Positions 37,323 through 50,700 of a stretch of DNA of 64,000 nt are shown here, piece after piece (position 1 is the stretch's first letter; each line of letters opens with the position of its first letter). This DNA is from Eledone cirrhosa (lineage: Eukaryota). The translations under genes and the position numbers were made by a program. The notes under the pieces are model-generated. The model was not told the DNA's origin and searched no databases. It was given only the letters and a program-made list of their open reading frames with translations. The stretch spans positions 25,234,001 to 25,298,000 of the forward strand of contig OZ024747.1 of the NCBI GenBank assembly GCA_964016885.1, given 5' to 3'.

Positions 37323-37350
37323 CTCATCTATGTTGAAATAACACAAATTT

Positions 37351-37386
37351 AATAAATAATAGCAAACACATCTCAATGAAAATAAA
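37351..37386 (+). terminator. Candidate DNMT3 polyadenylation signals
   Basis: AATAAA at 37351 and 37381, shortly after the stop codon. Confidence 0.4.
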
Positions 37387-40274
37387 ATAGAAGCAATGTT
37401 ACATTGTATTGCTAAGGTGAACATGCTATTCTTTTAATATATCTCTTTCTTTTTTTTTTAAAATGCTGTGTGTGTTGGGGGGGCACCTATCATCAGAGAG
37501 AAACCGCTGGGGCATGAGGTGAGTTTAAAGCAAGTGGGTAATGTTTGACATTCTATCTATATATATATACTAGCTTCAAAGTGCCATGTTTTAAAACACT
37601 ATCTCTTCATTGCCATAGAGGGTCTCCGTAGCTCCTTATTTCCATACTGTGTCACTGAAGCTGTCCAGTTCCATAGTATGCCACCCTATCTCCCCATTGC
37701 CACACTGCAACATCCTAGTTCCCTATTTCCCTAGTGTTTCACTCAAGCTTCTTAGTGTCACAGTGTTCCACCCTAGCTCCATAGTGCCATACTGTAGCAC
37801 CCTAGCTTCCAAGTGCCATATTTTTCACACTATCTCCCTGTTGCTGCTGCAGGTGGTCACCCTAACTACAGATTTCCATAATGTGTCACTGAATGTCCCC
37901 AGTTCCACAGTACCATAGCGCAGGACCCTAGCTCTGAAGTGCCGCATTTTGCCAATGGGGTTGATTCTTCTATAGAAAAATTTGGCTGTGTTCAGACCTG
38001 GAAAGGGTTAGGCCCTGCCAGGTTTAAAAGTGTCCTAGACATACCATATGACTACTTCTACAACTCCACAAGGAGTTATGGGATCTTTATCTTTTATATA
38101 TATATATATATATACATACACACTAGCATAGTACCCATAAAAATGCACTTTCTTAGTAAAGCATTACTTGATTATAACATTTTATGTAAAGATCCTTGAA
38201 TTCTGGAGTTTTTGTTACCTTCATCTCTCTCGTCTGTCCCGTCATCGGCGTATTTTCTTTTTACATTTCTTTAAATCAATTGCAGTATTTTTCGTCCAGA
38301 TTTTCTTTTATCATTATGAAACATATATGCCCTAAATTACGATGACTGTTTTATCTACTCTTATCTTCAAGAAGCTGTTTGGGCTTGTGTTTTGTTGTTA
38401 GAAAATACATAGGTAAATAAATATACATATACTGATAATTATAGACCAACAGACATAGAAAAGTGGATAGAGATTGGTAGTTATATAGACAGTTGGGTAA
38501 ATATATAAATAGATGTTTGTATTGTCTGGAGATAGCTAGCTATAGATAATTGATGTTCTATAACTAACCATCTTGTTAACACTGTTAGAGAGAGGAAGAA
38601 GGAAATATAAAATACTCATTTCCTAGACAGCTTGCACAAAGTAGTTGTGGCAGTCTTGTTTTATTATATATATATATAGAGAGAGATAGATATATTCTTT
38701 AGTTCCGAATCGAGCAGTGGACGACACAAAAGATTACCATTTTGCACGGCTATAAGACGTATCATAGGCCTGCTACCAGCTCATTGTTCCTGTAGCAATT
38801 TTCATAATTGGAGATAATATGCTAACCTCGTTCTCCACCACTCCTATCTCAACTAACTTGGATAGGCGCCCATTTCAGGTTGTTAGCTGCAGTTAGGGAC
38901 TCAAATCACTTCACTCATTTTCAGTGGAACATTAGATGGCACTCTCCTGTATGGAAAAATAAAATGTTTCTTTACATCGTTTAACACTACTTTGGCTATG
39001 TACACCAAAATATGAGACAATATACATTATATTAGATAGAATCTCCTTGAAGGTCGCGTGATTCCGTCTTTATTAAAAAAAAAATCCGAACGTGTCTACT
39101 AATGTACGTAGGGGAGGTCACTCAAATAACGTCAGTTTACAAGGGAGATAATTTTGAACAATTCTTATGAGTTGTCACTGCGTTGCAATTTACTTGAGAG
39201 TGTGAGGCAGTTTTTTACATTACATATGTAACCCGCTTGGTCTCATCAATAGAGTATAGGAAGTAACTTATCAGTTGTGCATTTAAGCCTACCATTATTT
39301 CTTAAGAAAGACACCCACTACAATTTTGAAAATAAAAAATTTGGACGGATTTAGTAATATACATTTTCTGGTTATTAAGTTGGTGTTTGAAACAAAAGTT
39401 TTTAATATAAACAACTTTCAATCGGGCAGTTTGACATCCAACGAAACTCAATGAAAATAGTAAAATAGAATCATTAATCTCGAGTGGTGTACTTATTTCA
39501 AACTAACCTATATTACCAGATCTACAAGACATTTTGACCAGTTCTTTACTGGTTATACCACTACAGTTGTTATTGCTAACTCTTTTGTTACAATATTTCT
39601 AATGAAATGCACTGCCAATGATTTCGAAAATAATGAAAATTATTTGGCGGTATTTAATGATATACCTAACTTTTTCATTATTAAACTGTTCGGAGAATAA
39701 TTTAGTAAAAGTTGGAAGGCTTTTAGATAAACACCCATGCCAGCATGGGAAACAAATGTTAAGTGAATGAAACTTTAAAATAAACTGTTTTACGTTATAG
39801 AACCAGGAGCAGTTTCAGGAGGTGTGGTGTCAAGCTCTGGTTAGCCCTAATCGAGCAACTCTAGGATCATTGTAGGCAGAGTGTCGCAGACCTTACTATA
39901 TAATATGTCATTCCTTTTTTAAGACTTGATTGCTATCTATATTGGGTTGAGTTAATGATTGTGTAGTGACTCTTTCATTGGCTTGAATATTTTGATAAAC
40001 CTTGAGTATCTCATGTCATGGAAGAAGACAACTTGTATTAATATGGCTCAATGTCAAAACCTGAAAAATTAAGTTTGTCAATTTATAACATTTAAAAATA
40101 ATTTGAATTCTAGAAGCTGCAATCAAGGAAAATAATTGACAAAAGAAATTTTGAGAAGTAATTTGTTAAATATATTTACTATCTTGTGTACAAAAAAAAA
40201 AAAAAAAGACATGTATATGTCTAAAGTAATTTTCATATTTTCCGTGAATCCCATTAAATAAATTCTACACAGAA

Positions 40275-40925
40275 TGTGGAGATGGCTCCAAGCTGGTGAC
40301 ACATGGCTATACAGACACATCATCAGTCTTGGGAGGTGACTCCTAGCTGGTGACACATGGCTATACAGACACATCATCAGTCTTGGGAGGTGACTCCTAG
40401 CTGGTGACACATATGGCTATACAGACACATCATCAGTCTTGGGAGGTGACTCCTAGCTGGTGACACATATGGCTATACAGACACATCATCAGTCTTGGGA
40501 GGTGACTCCTAGCTGGTGACACATGGCTATACAGACACATCATCAGTCTTGGGAGGTGACTCCTAGCTGGTGACACATATGGCTATACAGACACATCATC
40601 AGTCTTGGGAGGTGACTCCTAGCTGGTGACACATATGGCTATACAGACACATCATCAGAATGGGTAGATGGCTCCTTGCTGGTGACACATATGCCATAGT
40701 GACATGTCATCACGAGGAGGTGCCTCCTAGCTGGTGACACATGGCTATACAGACATGTCATCAGAATGGGTAGATGGCTCCTTGCTGGTGACACATGACC
40801 TTAGAGACATGTCATCACGAGGAGGTACCTCCTAGTTGGTGACACATGACCATACAGAGATGTCATCACGAGGAGGTACCTTCTAGCTGGTGACACATAT
40901 GACCATACAGACATGTCATCAGAAT
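40275..40925. repeat. 54/56-bp minisatellite, about 12 copies, diverging towards the right
   Basis: Unit ctagctggtgacaca(ta)tggctatacagacacatcatcagtcttgggaggtgactc. Confidence 0.93.
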
Positions 40926-43019
40926 GGGGGCACAAAAAAAAAATAAATTCTCAATAATTATCATTATATGCAATGAAAATAGAATCTTACACTATTTACA
41001 TTGATTACGAACTGTCATACACAAGCCGACATAGGGTGGGAGTTGTACAAGGTGACATTAGGATTTTGTCGGGTAGGATCAGCTTCTTAATTTATTTGCT
41101 TGGAATCAGCTGCAGTTTGCCAATAATAATAATAATAATAATAATGATAATAATTGTTATTATTATTACTATTATAGTAATAATAATAATGGTAGTAGTG
41201 GCAGGGAGAAGAGTCCAAAGAAAAGTCATTACTGTGGCGATTGTCTGTGGAATGAAAGAGGTGAAGGGAATGGATGGGGGGGAATAAAACAACCTACTAA
41301 GTGAGGGCAGCAAATTTCTGAGGAGTCAGGTATCTAATGTGTAATTTCAAGAGTTTGATTAATTTAAAATAAATGAAACTCGATGAATCCCTGTTTCACT
41401 ACATCAAAGAATCTCACATTCCTTTAAACCACTGAGTTTCAACTGCATTAAAAAAATAGAAAAGGACATTTTTCAGTAAAGTTTGTACTTATGTTTCTAG
41501 TTAATTTCTTTGTGCTAGCATATGTTGGATATTTGTTATGAGTTGTTTGAGCAAAAGTATTTTTCTATTTTTCTGCTGAGTTAACTGAAATCAGTAGAAT
41601 GTTTTACCTCAGAGAAAAACACTGCAATGATATGCTTGGAATCCATCTTTACAGTATTTGTGCAATGAAAAATTTAAAGCAGTGACATGTATTGAAAAAT
41701 ATTGGTATGATTCGTAAAACCTAAGTGTAAACTTACAATTGTGTGTCATGATACTTAACACAACTCATAAAAACCTTTCAAATCTCGAATATAAAATATT
41801 TCATATTTTTCCTTACTTTAACATCAATCACTCACATAAAAAGCAAAGTGGTTTCCTGTATATCAGAGCAAAAAACTCATAATGTAGCTATCAACATTGC
41901 ACCATACAATGGAATATTTTGAAACTGATGTTGGGCTATCATTTATCACATCGCCCTCAGTTTCTCTTTCCAGATATCAGATAAGCAGGAATAGCTATTG
42001 TTCAAATCTTTTCTATGTGATGTGCCTTGTTATTTAAAATTTTGAAATTATCTATAATCCTGCAATAACATATCAGTGTTACACTAGAACAGTTATTCCA
42101 CACTTGAGTGCTTAATACTTTGGTGGGATAGAAACTTACTATTCACTGATAACTATATTTGTTCAGCTAATTTAATGCTTCCCACATCATACAATATAGA
42201 ATAATACTAAAGAACTTAACCATAGATTCTTTCATATAATACCAGTGAATTTTTGCTTTCAAAGGAGCTTGAGCTGGTAAAGAAGTTGTGATCTCAACAA
42301 AATACTTAATGACTTTAAAATTGGGATCATATGACAGCATGTACACAGTAAATACTGGATCAGCCCAACAAGAATAGCAGTTAAATTGGTGTACCACAAT
42401 AGAATTGAGATGCTTGGTATTTGCATGGCTGAAGAGCTGGACTTATGAAGTATTGGTCATTTCTACCCCATTGTTCTATTCAGGCAAAGCTGACCAGAGT
42501 TACTAAACAAATTATTTAGGTATATTTGGCTCAGCCTTCTTGTGATAAGCATTACCTCCAATGGCACAAAGATGAAATGTGGGGCCCAAATGGGAGTTAC
42601 ATATATATTGCAATGTGTACTTGAGTAGATTACTCTTGTATGAGGTCCCCCACATAAATACGGGGTCTAATAGGCTAAAGTCTGGCCCTTTCTTTAATAC
42701 TAATCTTTACCATTTCATGGTATAAAAATGGTACTATGAGTTTACAATTACTCCTAGATTCATATTCTATTGACCTGCAGTGTGGAGTTCAAATATTTGT
42801 TAAGAGCTAAACCTATACAATAAGGAAAGATGGGTTAGGAGGAGCACTGGCATCAAATCAGATGAGAATGTGTCAAATTGTAGAAGTTTGCAAAGGAATT
42901 AGAACTGCCATGCCTCACCCTTTTAAAAGCTCATTCTCTTAGCATATCAGTTACTAAGCAACATGATGTCTTGATATTCCTGTTTGGTATGGAAGTGGAA
43001 CCATGCATCAATCACTAGC

Positions 43020-43332
43020 CTGTATATAATGAGGTCTGTACCTCTATATAACAAGATCATTACCTCTATATAATGAGATTATAACCTATATAATGAGATT
43101 ATTACCTCTATATAATGAGATTATAACCTCTATATAATGAGATTATAACCTCTATATAACAAGATCATTACCTCTATATAATGAGATTATAACCCTATAT
43201 AATGAGATTATCACCTCTATATAACGAGGTCAGTACCTTTATATAACAAGGTCAGTACTTCTATATAACAAGGTCTACCTCTATATAACAAGATGATTAT
43301 CTCTATATAATGAGATCTTTACCTCTATATAA
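43020..43332. repeat. 21-22-bp minisatellite
   Basis: Unit acctctatataatgagattat. Confidence 0.9.
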
Positions 43333-45501
43333 ATTCTGATATAGGTACAAGGCCAACAATTTGAAGGAAGGGGAAAATTGATTATAGCAACCTCAATACT
43401 TGACTGGTACTTTGTTTTATTGATCCCCAGAAGGATGAAAGACAAAGTTGACCTTGGTGGGATTTGAACTCAGAACATAGAAAGATGTAATTAAATACTG
43501 CAAATCATTTTGTTCACATAACATTGTAGATAACAGTAAGGGCTACTTACAGGGAATTTAAATGGGGGAATTACTGCTAGTATTTACATCCAAAAGTACT
43601 TCCAAAGTAATTTAATATTGATATTTGGTTTTGAAATGCAAACTTGCACACAATTTACTGATTATGTGTGCGTGTATGTGTGTTAGAATTTCATAATAAT
43701 AATCTAGTCCAAACCCATGCAAGCGTGGAAGATGGACGTTAAGCGATGATGATGATGATGATGATGATGAATCTAGCTAATAACTTTGATAATTTAAGTT
43801 ATGGTAGGGAAGAAGATAAGAATGTAGAGCAATTAGATTATTTATAGTATATAACCCTGCACACATACACAGATATTAAATGTAATATTACTATCTAGTT
43901 TATGGGTAGCTAAAATAAACAGGTGGGATTTAAAGTGTTCTTACTGTATTGTAATGGGAGGGAGGTGGGCTAAAACACTGATACAATCACTTTGTAATTT
44001 TCAGGGTTTGCTTTAAAAATTCCTAAAATTTGGTTTCTTAGAGAAATTAGAAATGATATTGTTGAGAGAGAGATAGGGAGAAAGAGAAGTAGGGTGAAAT
44101 GGATACTGCATTAGCCCGAGGAAGGACAAGAAGAGACAGGTGAAAAGGTGAGTGTAGTATGAGAAAAAAAATGTTAAAAAAATAAGATAGAAAAGATTAT
44201 AAATGTAAGAAAAATATCCTAGAATTCAAAAGAAGGGAGAGATTGAAATGTGATAATCCAACATTCATAATACATATGCACACACACACACACACACACA
44301 CATGAGCATCCTGTTAAATAACGATTATGAACCAAACAGATGCAAAGAGAAGTTAACAACCCTCTCAACACTCATACAAGCTGGTACACAACTATAGTTT
44401 CAGACATTGTCTTATGATTTCTCATTGAAAGAGGACAGGATGAGGTGTCTGAATGAAAAGAAGCTTGTTACACCAAAGATAGAAGCATCAACAATCAGAA
44501 GATAGAAGAGGGACTTTAACTAAATATAATAGATATCTGACTAAAATTAACCCTTCATTTTCATCTTGTTTTCCATTACTAAACTGTTCTGGCTTGGGGG
44601 ACATTGCAGCATATTTTCAAAACAAATTGTTAACCCTGGCAACAGAATAAACCAAATGTTTCTATACCTGTCATGTAAACAACTACAGACTTTCTTGTAA
44701 TTAACGATGACTGGTGAATGTAGCCATCATGATTGGTTAGTGTACAGTTGCTTGTTAGAGTGGTCAAATAAGTGAACAATTGCAGATCACAGTGGATAGA
44801 GGATGAGTATATATATGGGTGGAGGTGGTCGGTGATGAACAGTTGCTGGTCACAGTGGTTAAGGGGATGAGGGAGTGAACGGTTATTAAGTCAATCAGAG
44901 ATCAGTTAACATGTTCAGCATGGCCATTCTTTCTCATTGGCAGGTGAGGGCATTGGTGTCGTTGTATTTTCGTTGGGAGAGGAGGAAGAGGAGGGGAAGG
45001 TTGTGGTGGCATTGGCTGCAGCGTAAAGGATTGTGAGTGGAGCAGGAGGAGTTGGTGGTTAGCCGGGTAGGTAAGTAGGTAGGTGGGTATCATGGTAGTA
45101 GGAGTGGCCAGTGGCCGGCAAAGATAATTCCAGTAGCACAGCTTTATGAAATGTATCGATGGCTACTTTGAAGAAACACTAAAACTCTTGGCAAAGTCTT
45201 CAGAGAGAGAAATCAGTCAGCTCAGTAGTATTAAGTAACCAGCATTACAGCCACTACAGCTTCATTAAATGTTGGCACACAGATGAGTTGCTGGCTTCAA
45301 TATATCTGGGAGAGTTTTTTTTTTGCATTTTTTTTATCTTTCATATTTTCTTTTCTCTATTTTTTTTTTAAAAAAAGGTTCTTTTGTTTTCTTCATGTTA
45401 GTCAGTCTAACAAACGGAAGCACCAAAAGCTTCATTTCTTCATTATCTGTGGCCAGCCCTGTCCTAGGTCCATGAGAGCAGTCAGCAGAGATGTCATCAT
45501 G

Positions 45502-45539
45502 TCATCGTTGATAATCATCGAGGGGCTGGACTACTGTCT
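45502..45539 (-). CDS. PTPN4: PTP terminal coding exon
   Basis: tatttcag|(E)[11 protein letters not shown] in matching phase; resembles the vertebrate EEGxVxPL tail; implies a 13.6-kb last intron. Confidence 0.75.
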
Positions 45540-47462
45540 CTGAAATAAACAAAATGTAAATACTTGAAACACAATATGTGTATGTGTGTGTATGTGTATG
45601 TGTATATATATATATATATATATATCATCATCATCATCGTTTAACGTCCATATTCCACGCTTGCATGGGTTTGGACGGGAGTTTTCCCACTTGAGGCAAG
45701 AGTGGTTGTCTTGCTCGCATAGGACTGTCTGCCTGGTTTTCTACGGCTGGATGCCCTATATATATATCTATATATATATATATATAGTTGAACAAATAAA
45801 ACAAAAACAAGGATGCAAATATACAAAATCCTATTAGGATTACACTTAGAAGGAAGTGGAGGAGGGTTCAAATTAAAGAGATTCACAATGCTGATGCTGA
45901 CGAGTGTAGCAGGCTGTGCCATGCCAACAGCTCGTGTGCATTGTCAGTCTCAGTCTAATATTTGCATCGCAACCAATGTGAAGGGAGACCATATCATCAT
46001 GGCTAGTGATTGCACGAGCGGTCTGCCTGACTGAGCAGGAAGATGGCAGCAAATGACCACACAAACGTTGGCAGAAGACGCGGCAATAACGTGCGACCAA
46101 ACACTGTTTTAGCCCAACTTCTGGGTGCAAGCTGCAAGTGTGAGTACAAAAGAAAGAAAAGAGCAATTGCCACATAATGTGGAAGTTGTATTTATTTTAA
46201 CAGTTTCATTTGTTTCTGCATTACACAGTGAAATTTGGAATACAGTGAATTATATTAGAAATATTTCTAATGGTAATGGAATACACAGTGTTTCATTTAG
46301 TTAATTAAGAATTTGGAGGGATTGACGAAAATAATTTCATTAAAAGATGGTATTTGTAACATAATTTTAAATTATGTTACAAATATATGAAATTATGTAG
46401 GAAGGTTTTAATTTAAATAGGAACCAATTAAAATGGATTTCTATTTAAATCATAATACCAAAGCTGGTTTTAGACAGGTTGGTATCAAAGGAGTGAAGGT
46501 AGTGTAATGAAAAGTATGTTTGAGGTGGGGTTATGAAAAGGTGATGAGAGCCTGTGCTATGCCACTGCCTTATAGGACAGAAAGTGGACCAATGAATTAT
46601 TATTACAACTGTTATTGCTGTATATTTCACACACACACACACACACACACACCATGCATTTTTGTCCTATATGAAAATCACAGGTAGGAGCAATAATTAT
46701 AAATAGGATTATTTATAGTTGCATAATAGATACAACATACATGAAATACATATTTGTACTCAGAGATAAATACATAAAATCATTACAGATCATAGTCACA
46801 GAGAAGATTAATCCTTTCATTACCATATTTCTCATGAAAGACACTGCCCATCATTTTTCAAATAAATGATTAAATAATCAAATATTTGGAGGGATTTAGT
46901 AACATAAAGAACTTTCTCATTATTAAGTTGGTATTTTGGATATACCTTAACAAATGTTCTTACATAAAATTATGATAGAAAGATTTTAGATAAATATAAA
47001 CATTTAAAAATAAACAGTTTTAGGCAGTTTGGTATTGAAAGGGTTACAAGACAAATTATCCCCAGAAACAAATATATTAGAGAAAAAAGAAATAGTAATA
47101 CAGTTTAACATTTAGACTGCTACAAAATATTGAGGATATTTAGACTGTAATATATTAGACTGTTACATATTAAATATTAAAACATTTAGACTACTATAAA
47201 AATATTAAAGTTAAGAAAAGTAATATATGAAAAAAAAAACATTAATGAAAAAGATTGCATTATGATAATTAAATATAAATTAAAACGGTAGCAAAACATT
47301 AGCTTTGAATTAAAGGGATGGCAACATATTACATTGGAAATAGTTACAAGCAAATAATAAAGTAATTTTGAAAATATTTCATTATATTTTTAGCAATAAA
47401 TTCTATCCACATGAATCGTTTTCATCAAATATTAATACAACTGTGCACATGTTGCTGCATGT

Positions 47463-47498
<36 letters not shown>

Positions 47499-47663
47499 CT
47501 GATTCGGGTATTGATCTACTCATCAGACACATAGATGTGAATCAAAACATTTCCATACCAGAGTCAGGTCTATTGAATTAAGACCTTGAGTCAATCATCT
47601 GTGAAACACATGTCAAATTTGATAATGAACACAAATGTTTTAAAGTGAAACTTCCTCTCGTAC

Positions 47664-47709
<46 letters not shown>

Positions 47710-50700
47710 GTACGAGAGGAAGTTTCACTTTAAAACATTTGTGTTCATTATCAAATTTGACATGTGTTTCACAGATGATTGACTCAAGGTCTTAATTCAA
47801 TAGACCTGACTCTGGTATGGAAATGGAAATGTTTTGATTCACATCTATGTGTCTGATGAGTAGATCAATACCCGAATCAGGTGTATGATATTGATCAAGA
47901 CCTTGAGTTGATCATCTGCAAAATGTATCATGTCTGTTAATGACTTAAAATGTTTCGGAGTGACAGTTTGATCTCTCATAAATAATGTAAACACACTGTT
48001 GACTACAAACATATATAATACTGTGATACTGTATCAAGAACATTCTTTCTATTGGAATCACTTGTTTAAGTAGCAGCAGTGGTGCCACCTACAGTAATTA
48101 ACTAACATTACTAGATAACTGACACACACACACAGACATATATATATCAGGAGTTTATCAGTTTAAACTAGTAAGACCATTGTTCAGCAGAGTACTCAAT
48201 ACTTAGGATAATAGACAGCTGAGCTCTTGCCATTTTGACTTGTCTGGAATTTGCTGTGAAAACAGCAAGAGTTCAGCTGTTGGACCCCAACAATCTACTA
48301 TGTATGAACGTATGATATATGTATGTGTTTTCTCCTCTCTATATTGTATATATATATCTATATATCTATTTTCAGTACGTTGAGTACATGACAACCTCCC
48401 CAGTGCCAGTGACACAGTAAAATACACCCAGTCTACTCTGTAAAGGTTTTGCACATTCATACTAACATATATACATGTGTGGATAGAATTTTTTGAGAAC
48501 AACTTAATGTTGCATAAGAAAAAAGACAATATTTAGCAGAACAATATACACAAAATGTAGATTAAGAAAATAGCAGTGATGATCTCACAACATTTAGGTG
48601 GTAAAATATATAGCAACAGCATGCTGCAGTATATTGAACGCATTCCATATTATACATACACATGCACACACACATTTTACACACACATATATGTGCGTAT
48701 ATCATCGTCATGTTTTTATATATATATATACATAATCTCTCTCTCTCTATATATATATATATACATATGGTGGCTGCCAACTCGTTTTCGAGTACGGCCA
48801 CTACTTCACTACTTTATATCCATGTAGGAGAACCCCTACCGATGCGCTGAACGAGTGTGACTTTTTAGTCCAGCCAGTGACTTGAAAACTCTGGTACAAA
48901 CACTACACTTGTGACAATTATTGACACATAGTGCTGGGCCCATGGTACCATGTGACGACAGGTGCAGAGAGATCTCCAGATATAAAGCAATGCCTGTGCC
49001 GTGAAGCTTTTATAGTGAGCAAAGGCACTGCACAAAGCCAGTCCCACTCTCTTAACCAAGATGATATTTACCAAAAAGAAGAACAAGTCAACATCATTGG
49101 ATACCATCAGGGTTGCAGGTGTTATATCAGAGTTTTCCTTCTCCTAGAATTCTGCCTTGACAAAGGCTAAGGGGTCATCTCTCCCGGTGAATTTGGGTGG
49201 CCATTGACTCTTAAGAGCTCCTTTGCCCTTTGACAGGTTTTGTTTTTAGTCCTGCAGGATGTCCAAAGTCACCCTCCTTACCAAGAAACCTTGGTGGGGT
49301 TGCCAGTTTAGTCGCCAACGACCCGACCATGAGACAGGTTACCAGTAGCACCAACTGGTGACCTGATATAAATATATATATATACGTATATCAACATGAT
49401 GATGATGACATATACACATGCACCTGTGTGTGTAGTGAATATCTGTATATTTACATTTAAATATAAAAGTGTATACTTGAAGTTAAGCCACAAGTCAGCG
49501 TATACTTGTATATATACATGAATATCTCATGTAAAATGTGTAACACTAATTCTGTAAGGCACCATATAAAGAGTGTAGGAGTTAAATTCATATAAGGAAA
49601 CATTTATGTTGATAATTATTTTAGGGGTTGTGTGTTACTATTAGTTACGACAATGAGTGTTCCAGTTGTTCACTCAATGGAACAAGTTAAGTTGATCGTG
49701 AAATTAATGTGCATAGCTAATAAAGTATACCACAGACATATGAACACTTAATGTATGCCTCAAGGAGATTCAGTGCAACAGTGTATGTAACAAAGCTGGC
49801 CATTTGAATTACAGATACAACTCATTTTTGCCAGCTGAGTGAACTGGAGGAACATGAAATAAAATGTCTTCCTCAATGATACACCATGCCATCAGGAATT
49901 ACACTCACAATCGTGAACTGAACACCCTAACCACTAAGCAATGTGGTTTCACAAGTTAGGGGTTACGATCCTCAGAGATTGCTAGAGAGCTCATATATAT
50001 TAAGCAATTGGATTTTAGTTTGTCATCAGGCTTAATGTAAAGGGCACAGGCTTTTAGTTGTTTTCTTTTTAGATGGTAGTGCACACTTACTTGTCAACCT
50101 GGGGAACCTTAACCTTGAAATTACTTTACAGCTTGATAAAATGTGCTTTTATTATATATAATATATTTTCTGTCTGCAATCCAAGATCTAGATTTTGTGA
50201 GGCTCTTAGCTATTTAAACCTTGATGCCTCCTAGTTAAAAAGTTACACCAGAAGGTCTCACAAAAGTTGAAAACATACCTTATATACTCATGTTAAGGTT
50301 GAATTTTTAAAACTACTTTTTGAAGTTAAATTTTATGATGTTGGTTATTACATGATTATTACTTTTGAGGAGTTGAAATTCACACTACAAATCAAAATAC
50401 TGTATCAATAAACAGAAGCTCAAATGGATTTTAAATGTATAAAAGTAAATCAATGAATTTCAGTAATAATACCAATGTTTATACACATTAATATACACTT
50501 CCAACTAACAAAATACATAAATAAGGCTGTGTAGTTCTTATGTCAGAACATAATAGAATAGATCAATTAATTTCTTTATTATAATAGAATATGTTGATTC
50601 TCAAATGTGTCTGGAAGAACTAGAGATGACTTTTACATAAGAAAGATGGAAAAATCCAAATTTTGGAGGAAACAATATGGAGTCCACATTTACATATGGT

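Noticed and set aside
40275-40925. CRISPR-like appearance of tandem arrays (also 727-1090 and 43020-43332)
   Set aside because: No unique spacers, no cas genes, and the context is eukaryotic with spliced genes.
45800-46180. GC-richer segment with overlapping short ORFs near the PTP terminal exon
   Set aside because: No recognisable protein motif and no splice pair in phase with the PTP model.
47850-47885. Hammerhead-like ctgatgag...cgaa (also ctgatgaa on the minus strand near 23720-23750)
   Set aside because: The GAAA core is altered and stems II/III do not pair convincingly; at most decayed Penelope-type remnants.
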